Positions 9,222 through 19,220 of a stretch of 64,000 nucleotides of DNA are shown here, piece by piece. Every line of letters starts with the position of its first letter. The first letter of the stretch is position 1. The stretch spans positions 2,050-66,049 of the forward strand of contig JBHACZ010000024.1 in the NCBI GenBank assembly GCA_041854825.1, given 5' to 3'. Below the pieces are notes generated by a model, which was not told the origin of the DNA, made no database searches, and saw only the letters and a program-made list of their open reading frames with translations. The DNA is from Porphyromonas sp. (GTDB taxonomy: Bacteria; Bacteroidota; Bacteroidia; Bacteroidales; Porphyromonadaceae). The position numbers were made by a program, and so were the translations under genes.

Positions 9222-10199
9222 ATGCAAGACAAGAATATAAACACCTTCTCGCGCTCTGTCGCGGACTCCCTCAGAGGAGTCATGCAGCTAGGGATCGTCA
9301 TGTCTCACATGCACTATGCCGTCGGGGGTGTCCTACTGCCTATGATGATCGCCAACCGCCTCGGGACAAGCTTCATCGCCCTTTACTTCTTCATCTCGGG
9401 CTATGGGCTAATGGCTTCTCTGCTTAGGAGTGACACGCCCGAGCGAGCCTGGCACGGCTTCCTGCCTCGCAGACTTTGGGGACTAATGCGCCCACCGCTC
9501 ATCATCACGGTCATAGCGCTACTGACCATCCCCGCTATCAGTATGCCATCGCTCGGAGAGATGCTCTGGGAGGGAACGACTCCGATACCGAACGCATGGT
9601 TCGTCTTCGTCTTGGCGTTCCTCTACTCTGCCTTTTGGCTGTCGTTCCGCTTCGCAGCTCCTCGGCATAGCGCATGGGGTTTCGTTTGGCTTCTTGCACT
9701 AAGCCTCCTATCTATGGCATGGGCATATGTCCTAGGCTACGAGCGCGCTTGGTGGGTAACAACCCTTGGCTTCTGGGCTGGGAGTGTTTATGCCCGCTGG
9801 GAGGAGCAGATCTATACCGTCATCAGCAAGTGGTGGGGGCTACTCATCGCCCTCGGGCTTGTGGCGGGAATCATCCGCCTAGGCATAGAGGAGCTACTGC
9901 CACTGACCTACCTCGTCATCCCTATTGCCATCGTACGTCTGCTGGCACTCACACGCTACACGGCATGGATCGACTCAGGGCGACCAGCCCGCTGGATGCC
10001 TCAGTGGCTCGACCGTGGACTAAGAGCGGTACTCGGCTTCCTCTCATTGATTTCGTATGAGCTGTATCTCGTTCACGGGCTTATGATCATCCTCCTGCAT
10101 GGTTTATTCGCCAGCCCTGTCGTCTACAGCCTTGCTGTAATAGCCAGCTCTATCGCTGTGGCATATCTCGCCCACCGACTCATCAAGCTATTCCCCTAG
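9222..10199 (+). CDS. Acyltransferase family 3 (OafA-like membrane O-acyltransferase)
   Basis: SLRGVMQLGIVMSH, FFISGYGL, WFVFVL, SYELYLVH; about 10 TM helices. Confidence 0.8.
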   Translation: MQDKNINTFSRSVADSLRGVMQLGIVMSHMHYAVGGVLLPMMIANRLGTSFIALYFFISGYGLMASLLRSDTPERAWHGFLPRRLWGLMRPPLIITVIALLTIPAISMPSLGEMLWEGTTPIPNAWFVFVLAFLYSAFWLSFRFAAPRHSAWGFVWLLALSLLSMAWAYVLGYERAWWVTTLGFWAGSVYARWEEQIYTVISKWWGLLIALGLVAGIIRLGIEELLPLTYLVIPIAIVRLLALTRYTAWIDSGRPARWMPQWLDRGLRAVLGFLSLISYELYLVHGLMIILLHGLFASPVVYSLAVIASSIAVAYLAHRLIKLFP

Positions 10200-10225
10200 C
10201 CCACAAACCAGTACCCAGAGGTATA

Positions 10226-10272
10226 TACAGCTAGCCCCCTAGATACGCATGGTATCTAGGGGGCTAGCTGTA
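10226..10272. terminator. Bidirectional terminator hairpin (21-bp perfect stem)
   Basis: TACAGCTAGCCCCCTAGATAC / GTATCTAGGGGGCTAGCTGTA between convergent genes. Confidence 0.75.
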
Positions 10273-10289
10273 GATGCTCTCTCTGCCGA

Positions 10290-10853
10290 CTACTCCTCAC
10301 GCTCAGAGGCTGGAGTGAGGGTAAAGAAGCTGAAGTTCACTGAACCGTAGTCGCGATGCATGAGGAAATGGGGATGCTCTGCAAAGTCATACTCCCGCGG
10401 ATGCTCGACGACCACTAGGGCGCCCTCCCTAAGGCGACCACTCTCCAGGATAAGGTCTGGCAGGGTGGCGATCTCCGTCAGCTTGTAGGGAGGATCAGCG
10501 AAGACAAAGTCATACTCGGGCGATGCCTCAGCACGCAGGGAGCGAAAGGCATCCGTCTGCAAGACCCGCACGCTATCCTCCTCATGTAGCTGTGACACGA
10601 CGGAGCGAATGAAGAGAGCATGCTCACGCCTCTGCTCTACTGAGGTGACACGCGCACAGCCACGAGAGATCAGCTCTGCCGTAATGCTACCCGTCCCTGC
10701 GAAGAGGTCAAGGGCTACGGCTTCGTCGAAGTCTATATAGTGGGTGAGGACGTTGAAAAGGTTCTCCTTGGCAAAGTCCGTCGTAGGGCGGGCATTGAAG
10801 CTACGAGGCACGTCGAAGCGGCGTCTCTTGTGCTTCCCTCCGATGATACGCAT
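10290..10853 (-). CDS. rsmD: 16S rRNA m2G966 methyltransferase RsmD family
   Basis: MRIIGGKHK, RPTTDFAKENLFN, LDLFAGTGS, FADPPY, YGSVNFSFF. Confidence 0.9.
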   Translation of the reverse strand: MRIIGGKHKRRRFDVPRSFNARPTTDFAKENLFNVLTHYIDFDEAVALDLFAGTGSITAELISRGCARVTSVEQRREHALFIRSVVSQLHEEDSVRVLQTDAFRSLRAEASPEYDFVFADPPYKLTEIATLPDLILESGRLREGALVVVEHPREYDFAEHPHFLMHRDYGSVNFSFFTLTPASEREE

Positions 10854-10881
10854 AGGCAGTAGGTGGGGCTGTGGTTAGTGA

Positions 10882-11697
10882 CTAGAGAATGGTGAAGGGA
10901 TCTGCCGACACCTCACGCACACGAGGAGAGAGATGCTCGAGCATCTCCGAGACGAGAGTATAGCTCTCTGAGCGGGCTTCGTCATAGAGCAGGTGCAGGC
11001 TATCCGCCTCACCCTCTAAGCCTAGGCTTCTCCACACGGAGAAGGTGTAGAAGATCGCCTCGCCGACGAGCGTCGTCCTGTCCTCGGGCATTGCCCAGCC
11101 GAAAGTATTGAGATAGATCACCTCACCTGCTCGCAGTGCCACGACATCCATACCCTCTCTACGCACGAGCACATACAGATCGCATCCCGTGTGCTGGCGC
11201 GAGTATCTGCGCACACGCTCGATGATGGGGACGTAGTAAGGGATCGTCGTGAGCTGAAGGTGCATACGGCGCAGGAACTGATATAGTCCCTCGCTCCATG
11301 CCGAGACGATGACCTTAGGCTCATCACTCAGAGCATGCGTGAGGCATTGGTAGGGCGCACCTTCCCAATCCTTGCCTCCGACGATACTCAGCCAGTGCGA
11401 TGCCTGGTGCGCCTCATACAGCTCGGACGGCACGAGCGTAGAGAAGTATGGCTCATAGTAGAGCGTCACTTGATCGAAAGGAAGTGTTAGCTCGGGATGC
11501 CGATACAGCAGTTCGCGCACGGCTTCCTCTGCTGAGGCGTAGCCAGGCTCTAGCGACAGAGTACCACGCTCCAGCGTCGCCTGGGGTGAGGAGCTATAGC
11601 TAAGGGCAAAAGTAAGTCCATCCGACGAGAGCCGGATGGACATATTATACTGCTCAGCTTGGACGGCGTCGAGCCGTGCCAGGACTGATGAAGTCAT
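10882..11697 (-). CDS. DUF3822 family protein
   Basis: YNMSIRLSSDGLTF N-terminus and YLNTF motif; conserved Bacteroidota synteny upstream of rsmD. Confidence 0.75.
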   Translation of the reverse strand: MTSSVLARLDAVQAEQYNMSIRLSSDGLTFALSYSSSPQATLERGTLSLEPGYASAEEAVRELLYRHPELTLPFDQVTLYYEPYFSTLVPSELYEAHQASHWLSIVGGKDWEGAPYQCLTHALSDEPKVIVSAWSEGLYQFLRRMHLQLTTIPYYVPIIERVRRYSRQHTGCDLYVLVRREGMDVVALRAGEVIYLNTFGWAMPEDRTTLVGEAIFYTFSVWRSLGLEGEADSLHLLYDEARSESYTLVSEMLEHLSPRVREVSADPFTIL

Positions 11698-11711
11698 AAG
11701 GAGTGCGGGGC

Positions 11712-12347
11712 TTATTCCCAGTTACCGGTCTTCTTACCGATCTCCTGGAGCGAACCGATGCGCAGACCAGCGAAGCCATTCTTGCGTTCGAGGGCAAGAG
11801 CCGTCTTCTCCTTGCGACGACCTTCATCAAGGTCACCCAGGTAATCTTCATAGCTTACCTTGGCTTCGAATACAGACACGGGGATCGTGTCACGACCGAT
11901 TACCTGCTGGATGTAAGCCGTATCAACCTGGATCTTGTTGCTCGTATTAAGGACATTGTACAGCGTCTCGATATCGGTGCCATCCTTGATAAGGCTATCC
12001 TTGGCAGAGATCCACGTCGTGTCACGCTTGATGAGACCCTGGGCAGCAGCCTGTGCTTCCGTAAGTCCGCGCTCACGCATGTCGTCCGTGTAGTCGCCTT
12101 CAGCCGTAACGTAGTAGACCTTACCATTGCGCAGGAACTCGAGAAGCTCGTCACCTGCAGCGAAGCGGTGGTGTACATAGTCGAAAGCCTCCTGATAGCG
12201 AGCGATCTTCTTTAGCTGTCGCTGTAGTACAAGTTCACGCTCCTTCTGCGTGTCGTCGAACTTCACGGGAGCGAGTACGCTCTGCACCGTCAGATAAGCG
12301 AGTACCACGACTACGGCGAGTACTAGTACCTTGATTACTTTGTCCAT
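11712..12347 (-). CDS. Conserved Bacteroidota hypothetical protein (single N-terminal TM)
   Basis: 211 aa; N-terminal anchor; GLRIGS..GNWE C-terminus; usual first gene of the DUF3822-rsmD cluster. Confidence 0.7.
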   Translation of the reverse strand: MDKVIKVLVLAVVVVLAYLTVQSVLAPVKFDDTQKERELVLQRQLKKIARYQEAFDYVHHRFAAGDELLEFLRNGKVYYVTAEGDYTDDMRERGLTEAQAAAQGLIKRDTTWISAKDSLIKDGTDIETLYNVLNTSNKIQVDTAYIQQVIGRDTIPVSVFEAKVSYEDYLGDLDEGRRKEKTALALERKNGFAGLRIGSLQEIGKKTGNWE

Positions 12348-12448
12348 CGTTTTATCTTGTTTGTTTAGTTTTACTTACCTATGCTCGTTTGCTCAATCAG
12401 CCTCCAAATGTAAGAATATTTCTCCGAAAAAGACTAACTTCACTCCCA

Positions 12449-12467
12449 CAAAGATACAACAAAGATA
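12449..12467 (-). promoter_or_regulatory. Two tandem -7 elements for the 12347 operon
   Basis: TATCTTTG twice on the minus strand (12449-12456, 12460-12467). Confidence 0.55.
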
Positions 12468-12477
12468 TTATTCTACA

Positions 12478-13935
12478 TTGCTAACCGATCATTCCCCCCT
12501 CGCAGAGGAAATCGCCTCCCAAATGCCCTTCGCTCCGACCGATGGGCAACGGGGTGCCATCGCCCGCCTTACCGAATATATGCAGGACGATAGTCCCTAC
12601 ACGCTCTTCGTCCTGCGGGGCTATGCAGGCACAGGTAAGACCTCCCTCGTGCGTGCCATCACGAGCGCCGTAGAGCGCAGGGGAATGCGGGTCGAGCTGA
12701 TGGCGACCACAGGGCGAGCGGCGAAGGTGCTCGGCACCACCACGGGACGGGCAGCGACGACCATCCACCGCCGTATCTACCGCGCCACCACCGCCTCCAT
12801 CGAGGAGGGCGGCAGCTATAGCCTCGGGCAAGCCTCTGACACGCCTACCCTCTTCATCGTAGACGAGGCGTCGATGATCGGTGGACAGAGCAGCGAGCCG
12901 ACACCCTTCGGCTCAGGCAACCTCCTAGACGATCTATTCGCCTACGTCTGGTCAGCAGACAGCTCCCGCCTCATCATCATCGGCGACAATGCTCAGCTAC
13001 CGCCCGTAGGGAGTAGCATCAGCGACGCACTCTCACGCGAGGCGCTTGAGTCGCGCTATGGCCTGCGCGTCTACGAATATGAGCTGACCGAGGTCGTCCG
13101 CCAAGAGGAAGGCTCGGGCATCCTACACCAAGCCACCGCCCTGCGCAACGTCCTCCTCGAGCATCCCGATGCAGACGACCATGAACCCCTGCCCCTATCC
13201 CTGCACCTAGGTCATCACCCCGATGTGCGTATCGTCACGGGTGTCGATCTCATCGACACTATCGACGCTGCCTACCGCCGATACGGGCGTGAAGACGTGC
13301 TAGTCATCACCCCCTCCAATAAGCGTGCCCTTACCTTCAATCTCGGCATCCGAGCCCAAGTCCTCGACTTCGACGAAGAGATCGTCCGTGGCGAACAGCT
13401 CATCGTCGCGCGCAATAACTATACCTACACCCAGCGACGCGACCGATCCGACTTCATCGCCAACGGCGAAATGATCACCCTCGGGCGCATCTCTCGCTAC
13501 CACGACATCTACGGACTGCGCTTCGCCGATGCAGAGATCTACCTCCCCGAGCGCGATATAGAGCTCGATGCCCGCATCCTCATCACCTCCCTGGCAGACG
13601 AGCAGGCACAGCGCACCTACGATCAGCGACTGGCACTCTACGAAGCCCTCGCCCTAGACTACGGACAGCAGGGAGGCGTCGCCGACATACGGCGAGCCAT
13701 CCGCCGCGATCCCTACTGGGGTGCGCTAGAGGTCAAATACGGCTATGCCGTCACAGCCCACAAAGCGCAGGGCGGGCAATGGAGCTGTATCTTCATTGAC
13801 CTCGGGCTGGTCAAGATCCTCCCCAGCGACCGCAATATGGTACGCTGGCTCTATACAGCCATCACCCGAGCTACCTGCGAGGTCTATCTGGTCAATCCGC
13901 CCGAAGGCTTCTGCATCGAAGCACCCCGCCACTAA
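12478..13935 (+). CDS. RecD-like SF1B ATP-dependent helicase/exonuclease V alpha family
   Basis: GYAGTGKT Walker A, FIVDEASM, GDNAQLPPV, LTEVVRQ, YAVTAHKAQGGQW, WLYTAITRA; TTG 12478 preferred start (ORF track extends to 12331). Confidence 0.88.
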   Translation: MLTDHSPLAEEIASQMPFAPTDGQRGAIARLTEYMQDDSPYTLFVLRGYAGTGKTSLVRAITSAVERRGMRVELMATTGRAAKVLGTTTGRAATTIHRRIYRATTASIEEGGSYSLGQASDTPTLFIVDEASMIGGQSSEPTPFGSGNLLDDLFAYVWSADSSRLIIIGDNAQLPPVGSSISDALSREALESRYGLRVYEYELTEVVRQEEGSGILHQATALRNVLLEHPDADDHEPLPLSLHLGHHPDVRIVTGVDLIDTIDAAYRRYGREDVLVITPSNKRALTFNLGIRAQVLDFDEEIVRGEQLIVARNNYTYTQRRDRSDFIANGEMITLGRISRYHDIYGLRFADAEIYLPERDIELDARILITSLADEQAQRTYDQRLALYEALALDYGQQGGVADIRRAIRRDPYWGALEVKYGYAVTAHKAQGGQWSCIFIDLGLVKILPSDRNMVRWLYTAITRATCEVYLVNPPEGFCIEAPRH

Positions 13936-14016
13936 GTCTCGCCCCAAGTAATCGCACCCTCCCTAGGGGAGCAAAATATCGTCACCTAGGCAGTCGAACT
14001 AGACCACTCACCCGAG

Positions 14017-14134
14017 ATATTCTTAAGTTCACGTCGTGGTCTGTATAGATCACGACGTGAACTGTACAGACCACGACGTGAATTGTACAGACCACGACGT
14101 GAATTGTACAGACCACGTCGTGATCTGAAGAAAT
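14017..14134. repeat. Family B array (B1): 5 x 21-bp palindromic units
   Basis: CACG(A/T)CGTG cores at 14030, 14051, 14072, 14093, 14114; unit CACGACGTGAATTGTACAGAC; imperfect inverted ends ATATTCTTAAGTT / ATCTGAAGAAAT. Confidence 0.95.
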
Positions 14135-14382
14135 GTCACCCGAAGGAGACTAGTTCTCTCGCCTTAGACATCGAATATCTACCGCCTCGGCACTACCCTT
14201 TGGCTTGAATAGACAGGCATACGCCCCATCGAGAGGCAAACGCTGAAGGAGCAAAGCGGATATTCCCCTTGGCATCCTCTATCACCTCGGGCAACACTGC
14301 CTACATACAGCGCGACCGCACGCCTTCCATGAGAGGAAGCACGTGCGGTCGCGCGCTAATTGAATGGGGATATCCCCGCGTC

Positions 14383-15048
14383 TTACTTCGTTACGAGGAC
14401 GAAGCTAAGCTCGATCTCGTCGTCGATGAACTTGTCACCGAGACCAGTGAAGAAGCTCTTAGAGCCATACTTCACATTCCAGTCGGCGCGGTTGATGCGG
14501 AAGGTTGCGCTCTTGAAGGTCGTGTTGTCAGCACCGATCTCGATAGCTGATACAGGGATAGTGATATTCTTCGTCACGTCCTTGAGCGTGAGGTTACCCT
14601 TGAGCTCCTTGATCGTCGAGAGGTCTACACCCTCAGCAGGCACGTCCGTCAGCTCAAAGCGTGCAGTAGGATACGTTGCCACTTCGAAGAAGTCCTCGTT
14701 CTCGAGGTGTGCCTTGAGCATGTCTGCCATTTCACCCTGGATGTCTTCGACGATGATACCGTTCATCGCGATCACCACGTGACCACCATAGAGCTTGCCA
14801 TCTACTACAGATACAGAGCCCTCAGATACGGGGAGCTTACCGAAGTGTTCACCACCAGGCTTGAAGCCCTTCCATGTGAGGTAGGATGCTGCAGAGTCTA
14901 CATCGAGCACGCCGTCAGAGGCATAAGTGCTCGCAGCTACAGAGTCACCAGCCGACACGGCTGTACTAGAGTTAGCACCACCGGTGCAAGACACAGCGAC
15001 AAGTGCCGTCGCTGCCACGCCCATGAGGGCAATAATCATTTTCTTCAT
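14383..15048 (-). CDS. YceI-family lipoprotein
   Basis: Lipobox LVAVS-C after MKKMIIAL; WKGFKPGGEHFG, HLENEDFFEVATYPTARF, GNLTLK, INRADWNVKYGS. Confidence 0.85.
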   Translation of the reverse strand: MKKMIIALMGVAATALVAVSCTGGANSSTAVSAGDSVAASTYASDGVLDVDSAASYLTWKGFKPGGEHFGKLPVSEGSVSVVDGKLYGGHVVIAMNGIIVEDIQGEMADMLKAHLENEDFFEVATYPTARFELTDVPAEGVDLSTIKELKGNLTLKDVTKNITIPVSAIEIGADNTTFKSATFRINRADWNVKYGSKSFFTGLGDKFIDDEIELSFVLVTK

Positions 15049-15198
15049 ATTAATTCTTTGTTCTCTTGTTTCCTTACATTGTTGTAACTTCTCAATAACC
15101 CGAGTATGTATCAAAATGTTTTCAGACCATTAAAAAGTTTATTCCTCAAGGCTCGAAACTCTATCATTCTGTCTTCTCTCGCCTCTGAGCACATACGC

Positions 15199-15241
15199 AA
15201 AAAAAGAGGCGTGTCGTAGCTCTGTGACTACGACACGCCTC
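15199..15241 (-). terminator. Intrinsic terminator after tRNA-Lys
   Basis: GAGGCGTGTCGTAG / CTACGACACGCCTC stem followed by a T7 run on the minus strand. Confidence 0.85.
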
Positions 15242-15251
15242 CGAAAGAAAG

Positions 15252-15324
15252 TGATTCGCCTGGGGCTCGAACCCAGGACCCCATCATTAAAAGTGATGTG
15301 CTCTGCCAACTGAGCTAGCGAATC
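15252..15324 (-). tRNA. tRNA-Lys (anticodon UUU)
   Basis: Minus strand GATTCGC..GCGAATC-A acceptor, TAGCTCAGTTGGCAGAGC D arm, CATCA-CTTTTAA-TGATG anticodon arm, CTGGG-TTCGAGC-CCCAG T arm. Confidence 0.95.
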
Positions 15325-15382
15325 GACCCAATTAAGCAATCTGAAGTGGACTACATGATCGCTAATAGTCCGATTGCGCCTG

Positions 15383-15390
15383 CAAAGGTA
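15383..15390 (-). promoter_or_regulatory. -7 promoter element for tRNA-Lys
   Basis: TACCTTTG on the minus strand. Confidence 0.6.
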
Positions 15391-15476
15391 GGCAAAGTAT
15401 TTGACTTGAGCAAAAGGGAGGGCTATTCACACAAGTATTCAGACACTTACGCCCTCCACAGTGTCACAGGAGCCAG

Positions 15477-16160
15477 CTAATCCTTGCGACGCAGGAGGTC
15501 AGGACGCAGACGCTGAGTGCGCTCGAGAGCCTGATCCATCTTCCACTGCTCTATGCGTGCGGCGTGTCCACTGAGCAGCACCTCGGGGACATCCCACCCA
15601 TTATAGCTCGCAGGGCGGGTGTAGATAGGAGGTGCAAGGAGATTGTCCTGGAAGGTGTCGCTCAGCGCACTCTCCGCATCCCCGATAGCTCCGGGGATAA
15701 GGCGGGCAATGGCATCCGTCATCACTGCTGCTGCCAGCTCTCCCCCCGTGAGGACATAGTCACCGATAGAGATCTCACGAGTGATCAGATGCTCGCGGAC
15801 GCGGTAGTCGATCCCCTTGTAGTGACCGCAGAGGATAATGACATTCTTGAGAAGGCTCATTTCGTTGGCAATCCCTTGATTGAAGGTCTCCCCGTCGGGC
15901 GAAGTAAAGATCACCTCATCATACTCACGCTCCGCACGCAGAGCAGAGATCACCTTATCTATAGGCTCGATCTGAAGGATCATCCCAGCCTCACCACCGA
16001 AGGGATAGTCATCGACACGCTTCCATCTATTCGTGGAGTAGTCTCTGAGGTTGTGGATATGTAGGTCGAGGAGTCCCTTGTCTCGGGTACGCCCCACGAT
16101 CGAAGCCGATAGCGGGCCATCGAGTAGCTCGGGCACTACGGTAATAATATCTATGCGCAC
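15477..16160 (-). CDS. trmD: tRNA (guanine-N1)-methyltransferase
   Basis: [43 protein letters not shown]; GTG 16160 preferred because TAACTTTG (16191-16198) overlaps the longer start. Confidence 0.95.
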   Translation of the reverse strand: MRIDIITVVPELLDGPLSASIVGRTRDKGLLDLHIHNLRDYSTNRWKRVDDYPFGGEAGMILQIEPIDKVISALRAEREYDEVIFTSPDGETFNQGIANEMSLLKNVIILCGHYKGIDYRVREHLITREISIGDYVLTGGELAAAVMTDAIARLIPGAIGDAESALSDTFQDNLLAPPIYTRPASYNGWDVPEVLLSGHAARIEQWKMDQALERTQRLRPDLLRRKD

Positions 16161-16243
16161 GTCTGTATACCTATTCTTGTTTGTAGGGAGCAAAGTTAGA
16201 CACTATCGCCCAATGGCACAAGGGCAACGACCCAGACACAGCA

Positions 16244-16278
16244 CAAGGGCGATCGGATGCTATATCCGATCGCCCTTG
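16244..16278 (-). terminator. Hairpin downstream of the carboxyltransferase gene
   Basis: CAAGGGCGATCGGAT / ATCCGATCGCCCTTG 15-bp perfect stem. Confidence 0.65.
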
Positions 16279-16312
16279 CCGTCAATAAGAGGCATCAGCC
16301 TCTTAGGTTAGA

Positions 16313-18181
16313 CTACTTCTTGCCTCTGCGACGAGCGTTGATGACGTGGCGTACCTCCTCGAGCTTCTCTACACGGCGTAGCGTCTCGGGTTCAGTCTCC
16401 GTCCAGACCTGCTCGGTCTCAGCAGGACGCACATAGGCGAGGGCTTCACCCTTGCGTACCGTAGCACCCTGAGCGAGAACCTCGGTGATACGACCCGTGA
16501 AGAATGAGTTCACTGGCTCGATATAGCCAGCCACCGTCTGGATGAAGCACAGAGGCTCACCAGTCTTCACTTCGGTACCGATAGCAGGAGCCGTAGAGAA
16601 GTCAGCGGGGTCTACCTCCCAGATGATGCTACCTGTAGCAGGAGCCGTGATGGGCTCTGTGCCTGCACGCTTAGCCTTGAGAGCATCGGCTTCGTTGTAG
16701 CCCTGCTTCACGAGCTGCGCCGTACGTGCCTTGTCCACTTCCTCATGGAAGCGCTGCTTAGCTACACCACTCTTGTAGAGACGGTACTGAGCATCGTGCA
16801 TCGCCAGCTCGAAGAGTTCTTCGTTGTCCTGACCATACTCCCAGCCGTTCTCGTCCATCTCCTTGCGGTACTCATCGAGCGCGTCGGGATAGTTGCCCTG
16901 TGGATCTTCGTCAGAGAACTCGTGACCTTGAGCCTTAGCCAGCTCGATGATCTCGGGAGCGAGAGGACCAGGGAGGCGACCACTCTTCCCGAGGATCATA
17001 CCCCAGGTATTCTTGTCGATTGCCATCCAGCGTTCCTTGCCTGTAACGAGGTTGTACACGTTCATGAGGGCAACGTTCTTGACGTACTGGCTGAATGGCG
17101 TCACGAGGGGTGGATACCCGAGACGTGGCCATACGTACTCTACTTCGTTGAATAGGCGCACGAGCAGGTCATCGACGCTCAGCTCGGGTTCGCCCTTACC
17201 GCGCAGGTGCATATTGATACCAGCATGTACACCCTTGAGGTCAGCCATCATCGATCCCATCATACCGCCAGGCAGACCACAGCCTACGAGCAGAGAGGTC
17301 ATCAGCATGTTGCTAGGCTCGATGAAGAGACCCAGGAAGTCGTCGATGAACTCCTGCGTGAGCGAACGAGCGCGCATGTAGGCATCCATATTGATCTCGG
17401 GCACCTTGAAGCCTGCATCGTGGAGCATCTCGCGGATCGTGATCACGTCTGGATGGATCTTACCCCATGAGAGTGGTTCCATCGCTACGTCGATGATGTC
17501 CGCACCATTGCGGCACACCTCTAGCATAGAGGCTACAGAGAAGCCAGGGCCAGAGTGACCATGATACTCGATAATCACCTGAGGATGCTTGGTCTTAATT
17601 GCCTTGACGAGGCGACCAAGGAAAGCGGGACGACCGACACCTGCCATATCCTTGAGGCAGATCTCAGCGGCACCAGCCTCGATGAGCGTGTCTGCGAGGT
17701 TAGAGTAATACTCTACTGTATGTACAGGCGAGCTGGTAATACAGAGCGTTGCCTGAGGGATCATCCCAGCCTCGAGGGCGTACTTGATAGAGGGGATGAT
17801 GTTGCGTGGGTCATTGAGCCCGTCGAAGATACGGGTAATATCTACACCCTGAGCCTTCTTCACCTTGTACATCAGACGACGCACGTCGGCAGGTACAGGG
17901 AACATACGCAGACCATTGAGACCACGGTCAAGCATGTGGGTCTGGATGCCAGCCTCATTGAAATACTTCGTGAAGCCACGCACCGCCTTGTTGGGGTTCT
18001 CCCCATACATCAGATTCACCTGCTCGAAGGCACCGCCATTGGTCTCTACACGAGCGAAGCACCCCATCTCTACGATCACTGGCGCGATGCGCTCCAGCTG
18101 GTCGAGGCGGGGCTGATACTTACCGCTCGATTGCCACATATCGCGGTAGAGCAGGCTAAACTTAATTTCTCTCTGTTCCAT
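16313..18181 (-). CDS. Oxaloacetate decarboxylase alpha / pyruvate carboxylase subunit B-like carboxyltransferase
   Basis: YRDMWQS, CLKDMAG, HGHSGPG, GYPPLVTPFSQ motifs of the HMGL-like carboxyltransferase; C-terminal biotinyl-fold-like region lacking MKM. Confidence 0.85.
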   Translation of the reverse strand: MEQREIKFSLLYRDMWQSSGKYQPRLDQLERIAPVIVEMGCFARVETNGGAFEQVNLMYGENPNKAVRGFTKYFNEAGIQTHMLDRGLNGLRMFPVPADVRRLMYKVKKAQGVDITRIFDGLNDPRNIIPSIKYALEAGMIPQATLCITSSPVHTVEYYSNLADTLIEAGAAEICLKDMAGVGRPAFLGRLVKAIKTKHPQVIIEYHGHSGPGFSVASMLEVCRNGADIIDVAMEPLSWGKIHPDVITIREMLHDAGFKVPEINMDAYMRARSLTQEFIDDFLGLFIEPSNMLMTSLLVGCGLPGGMMGSMMADLKGVHAGINMHLRGKGEPELSVDDLLVRLFNEVEYVWPRLGYPPLVTPFSQYVKNVALMNVYNLVTGKERWMAIDKNTWGMILGKSGRLPGPLAPEIIELAKAQGHEFSDEDPQGNYPDALDEYRKEMDENGWEYGQDNEELFELAMHDAQYRLYKSGVAKQRFHEEVDKARTAQLVKQGYNEADALKAKRAGTEPITAPATGSIIWEVDPADFSTAPAIGTEVKTGEPLCFIQTVAGYIEPVNSFFTGRITEVLAQGATVRKGEALAYVRPAETEQVWTETEPETLRRVEKLEEVRHVINARRRGKK

Positions 18182-18222
18182 ACAGTTGTACAGTATTAAA
18201 GTCTATATTGATGGATTATATT

Positions 18223-18975
18223 CTATCTCTGGATAAGCTGAAGCGTGTGTACCCATTGCAGAGCTGACAGGGCTGCCGTCTCTGTCCTAAGGCGTGTATC
18301 ACCTAGGGTGGTGGGATGTAGCCCCTGTGCCTGCGCCTGCTCGACCTCCTCACGAGAGAAGTCTCCCTCTGGGCCGATGAAGAGACACACGTCGCCCGCA
18401 CCCTGATAGTGAAGGTGTGGGAGCGCGCGGGGCGCAATGATGCCGTCTGCCTCGCGACAATGTAAAAGAAGCTGAGTGGCTCCGCTCGTCTGGGCGATGG
18501 CATCCGAGAGGCTAACCTCCGAGCTAAGGGTAGGCAAGACCGCTTTCTGTGATTGCTTCATGGCGCTCAGCATAATGCGCTCGAGCCGCTCGGTATTGAT
18601 ATGTTTGCGCTCGCTGTGCTTGACCCTAAGCAGGAGGACCCTATCGACACCTACCTCTACGGCTTTCTCTAGGAGCCATTCCATGCGTTCGATGGCTTTC
18701 GTCGGAGCAAGAGCAAGCGTGATCTCACCCTGCCAGGTCTTCTGCCACGTGTGTCGCTCGAGGATCTGTACCCTACAGAGTCGTTTGCTGATCTCTGCGA
18801 TCTCCGAGAGGTAAAACGTCCCTCGCCCATCACAGACGACAACACGATCACCGCACTGCCCGCGCAGTACGCGCAGACAATGCCCAGTCTCTCCCTCTGG
18901 GAGCAAGCCATCTACCGCCACATCAGGCGCATAGAATATGGGCAAATCGCTCATCTGTGACTCGGGGTCTATCAT
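18223..18975 (-). CDS. rsmE: 16S rRNA m3U1498 methyltransferase
   Basis: HCLRVLR, EKAVEVG, AMKQS, FIGPEGDFS, LGDTRLRTETA. Confidence 0.92.
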   Translation of the reverse strand: MIDPESQMSDLPIFYAPDVAVDGLLPEGETGHCLRVLRGQCGDRVVVCDGRGTFYLSEIAEISKRLCRVQILERHTWQKTWQGEITLALAPTKAIERMEWLLEKAVEVGVDRVLLLRVKHSERKHINTERLERIMLSAMKQSQKAVLPTLSSEVSLSDAIAQTSGATQLLLHCREADGIIAPRALPHLHYQGAGDVCLFIGPEGDFSREEVEQAQAQGLHPTTLGDTRLRTETAALSALQWVHTLQLIQR

Positions 18976-19004
18976 TCCTCGGTGCTACCAGTTAATTCCA
19001 TCGC

Positions 19005-19012
19005 CAAAGTTA
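19005..19012 (-). promoter_or_regulatory. -7 promoter element for rsmE
   Basis: TAACTTTG on the minus strand. Confidence 0.55.
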
Positions 19013-19220
19013 AAGGATTCTACCGAATCCACCATCAAAAAACACGACAAATCCCGCACGCTCCGCTCTACACCTCGTAGCAAGGTTGCCCAGCTGTGCA
19101 GGGCGACCATCGCAAGCCCCGACTTTCGCCCATACGCCCGACCGCTTCAAGATGCTCCCCATCATCTCCGCACACCCATTTTTGTCTATCCCTCGCACAC
19201 TCCCCCGTCTACCTACTGAG

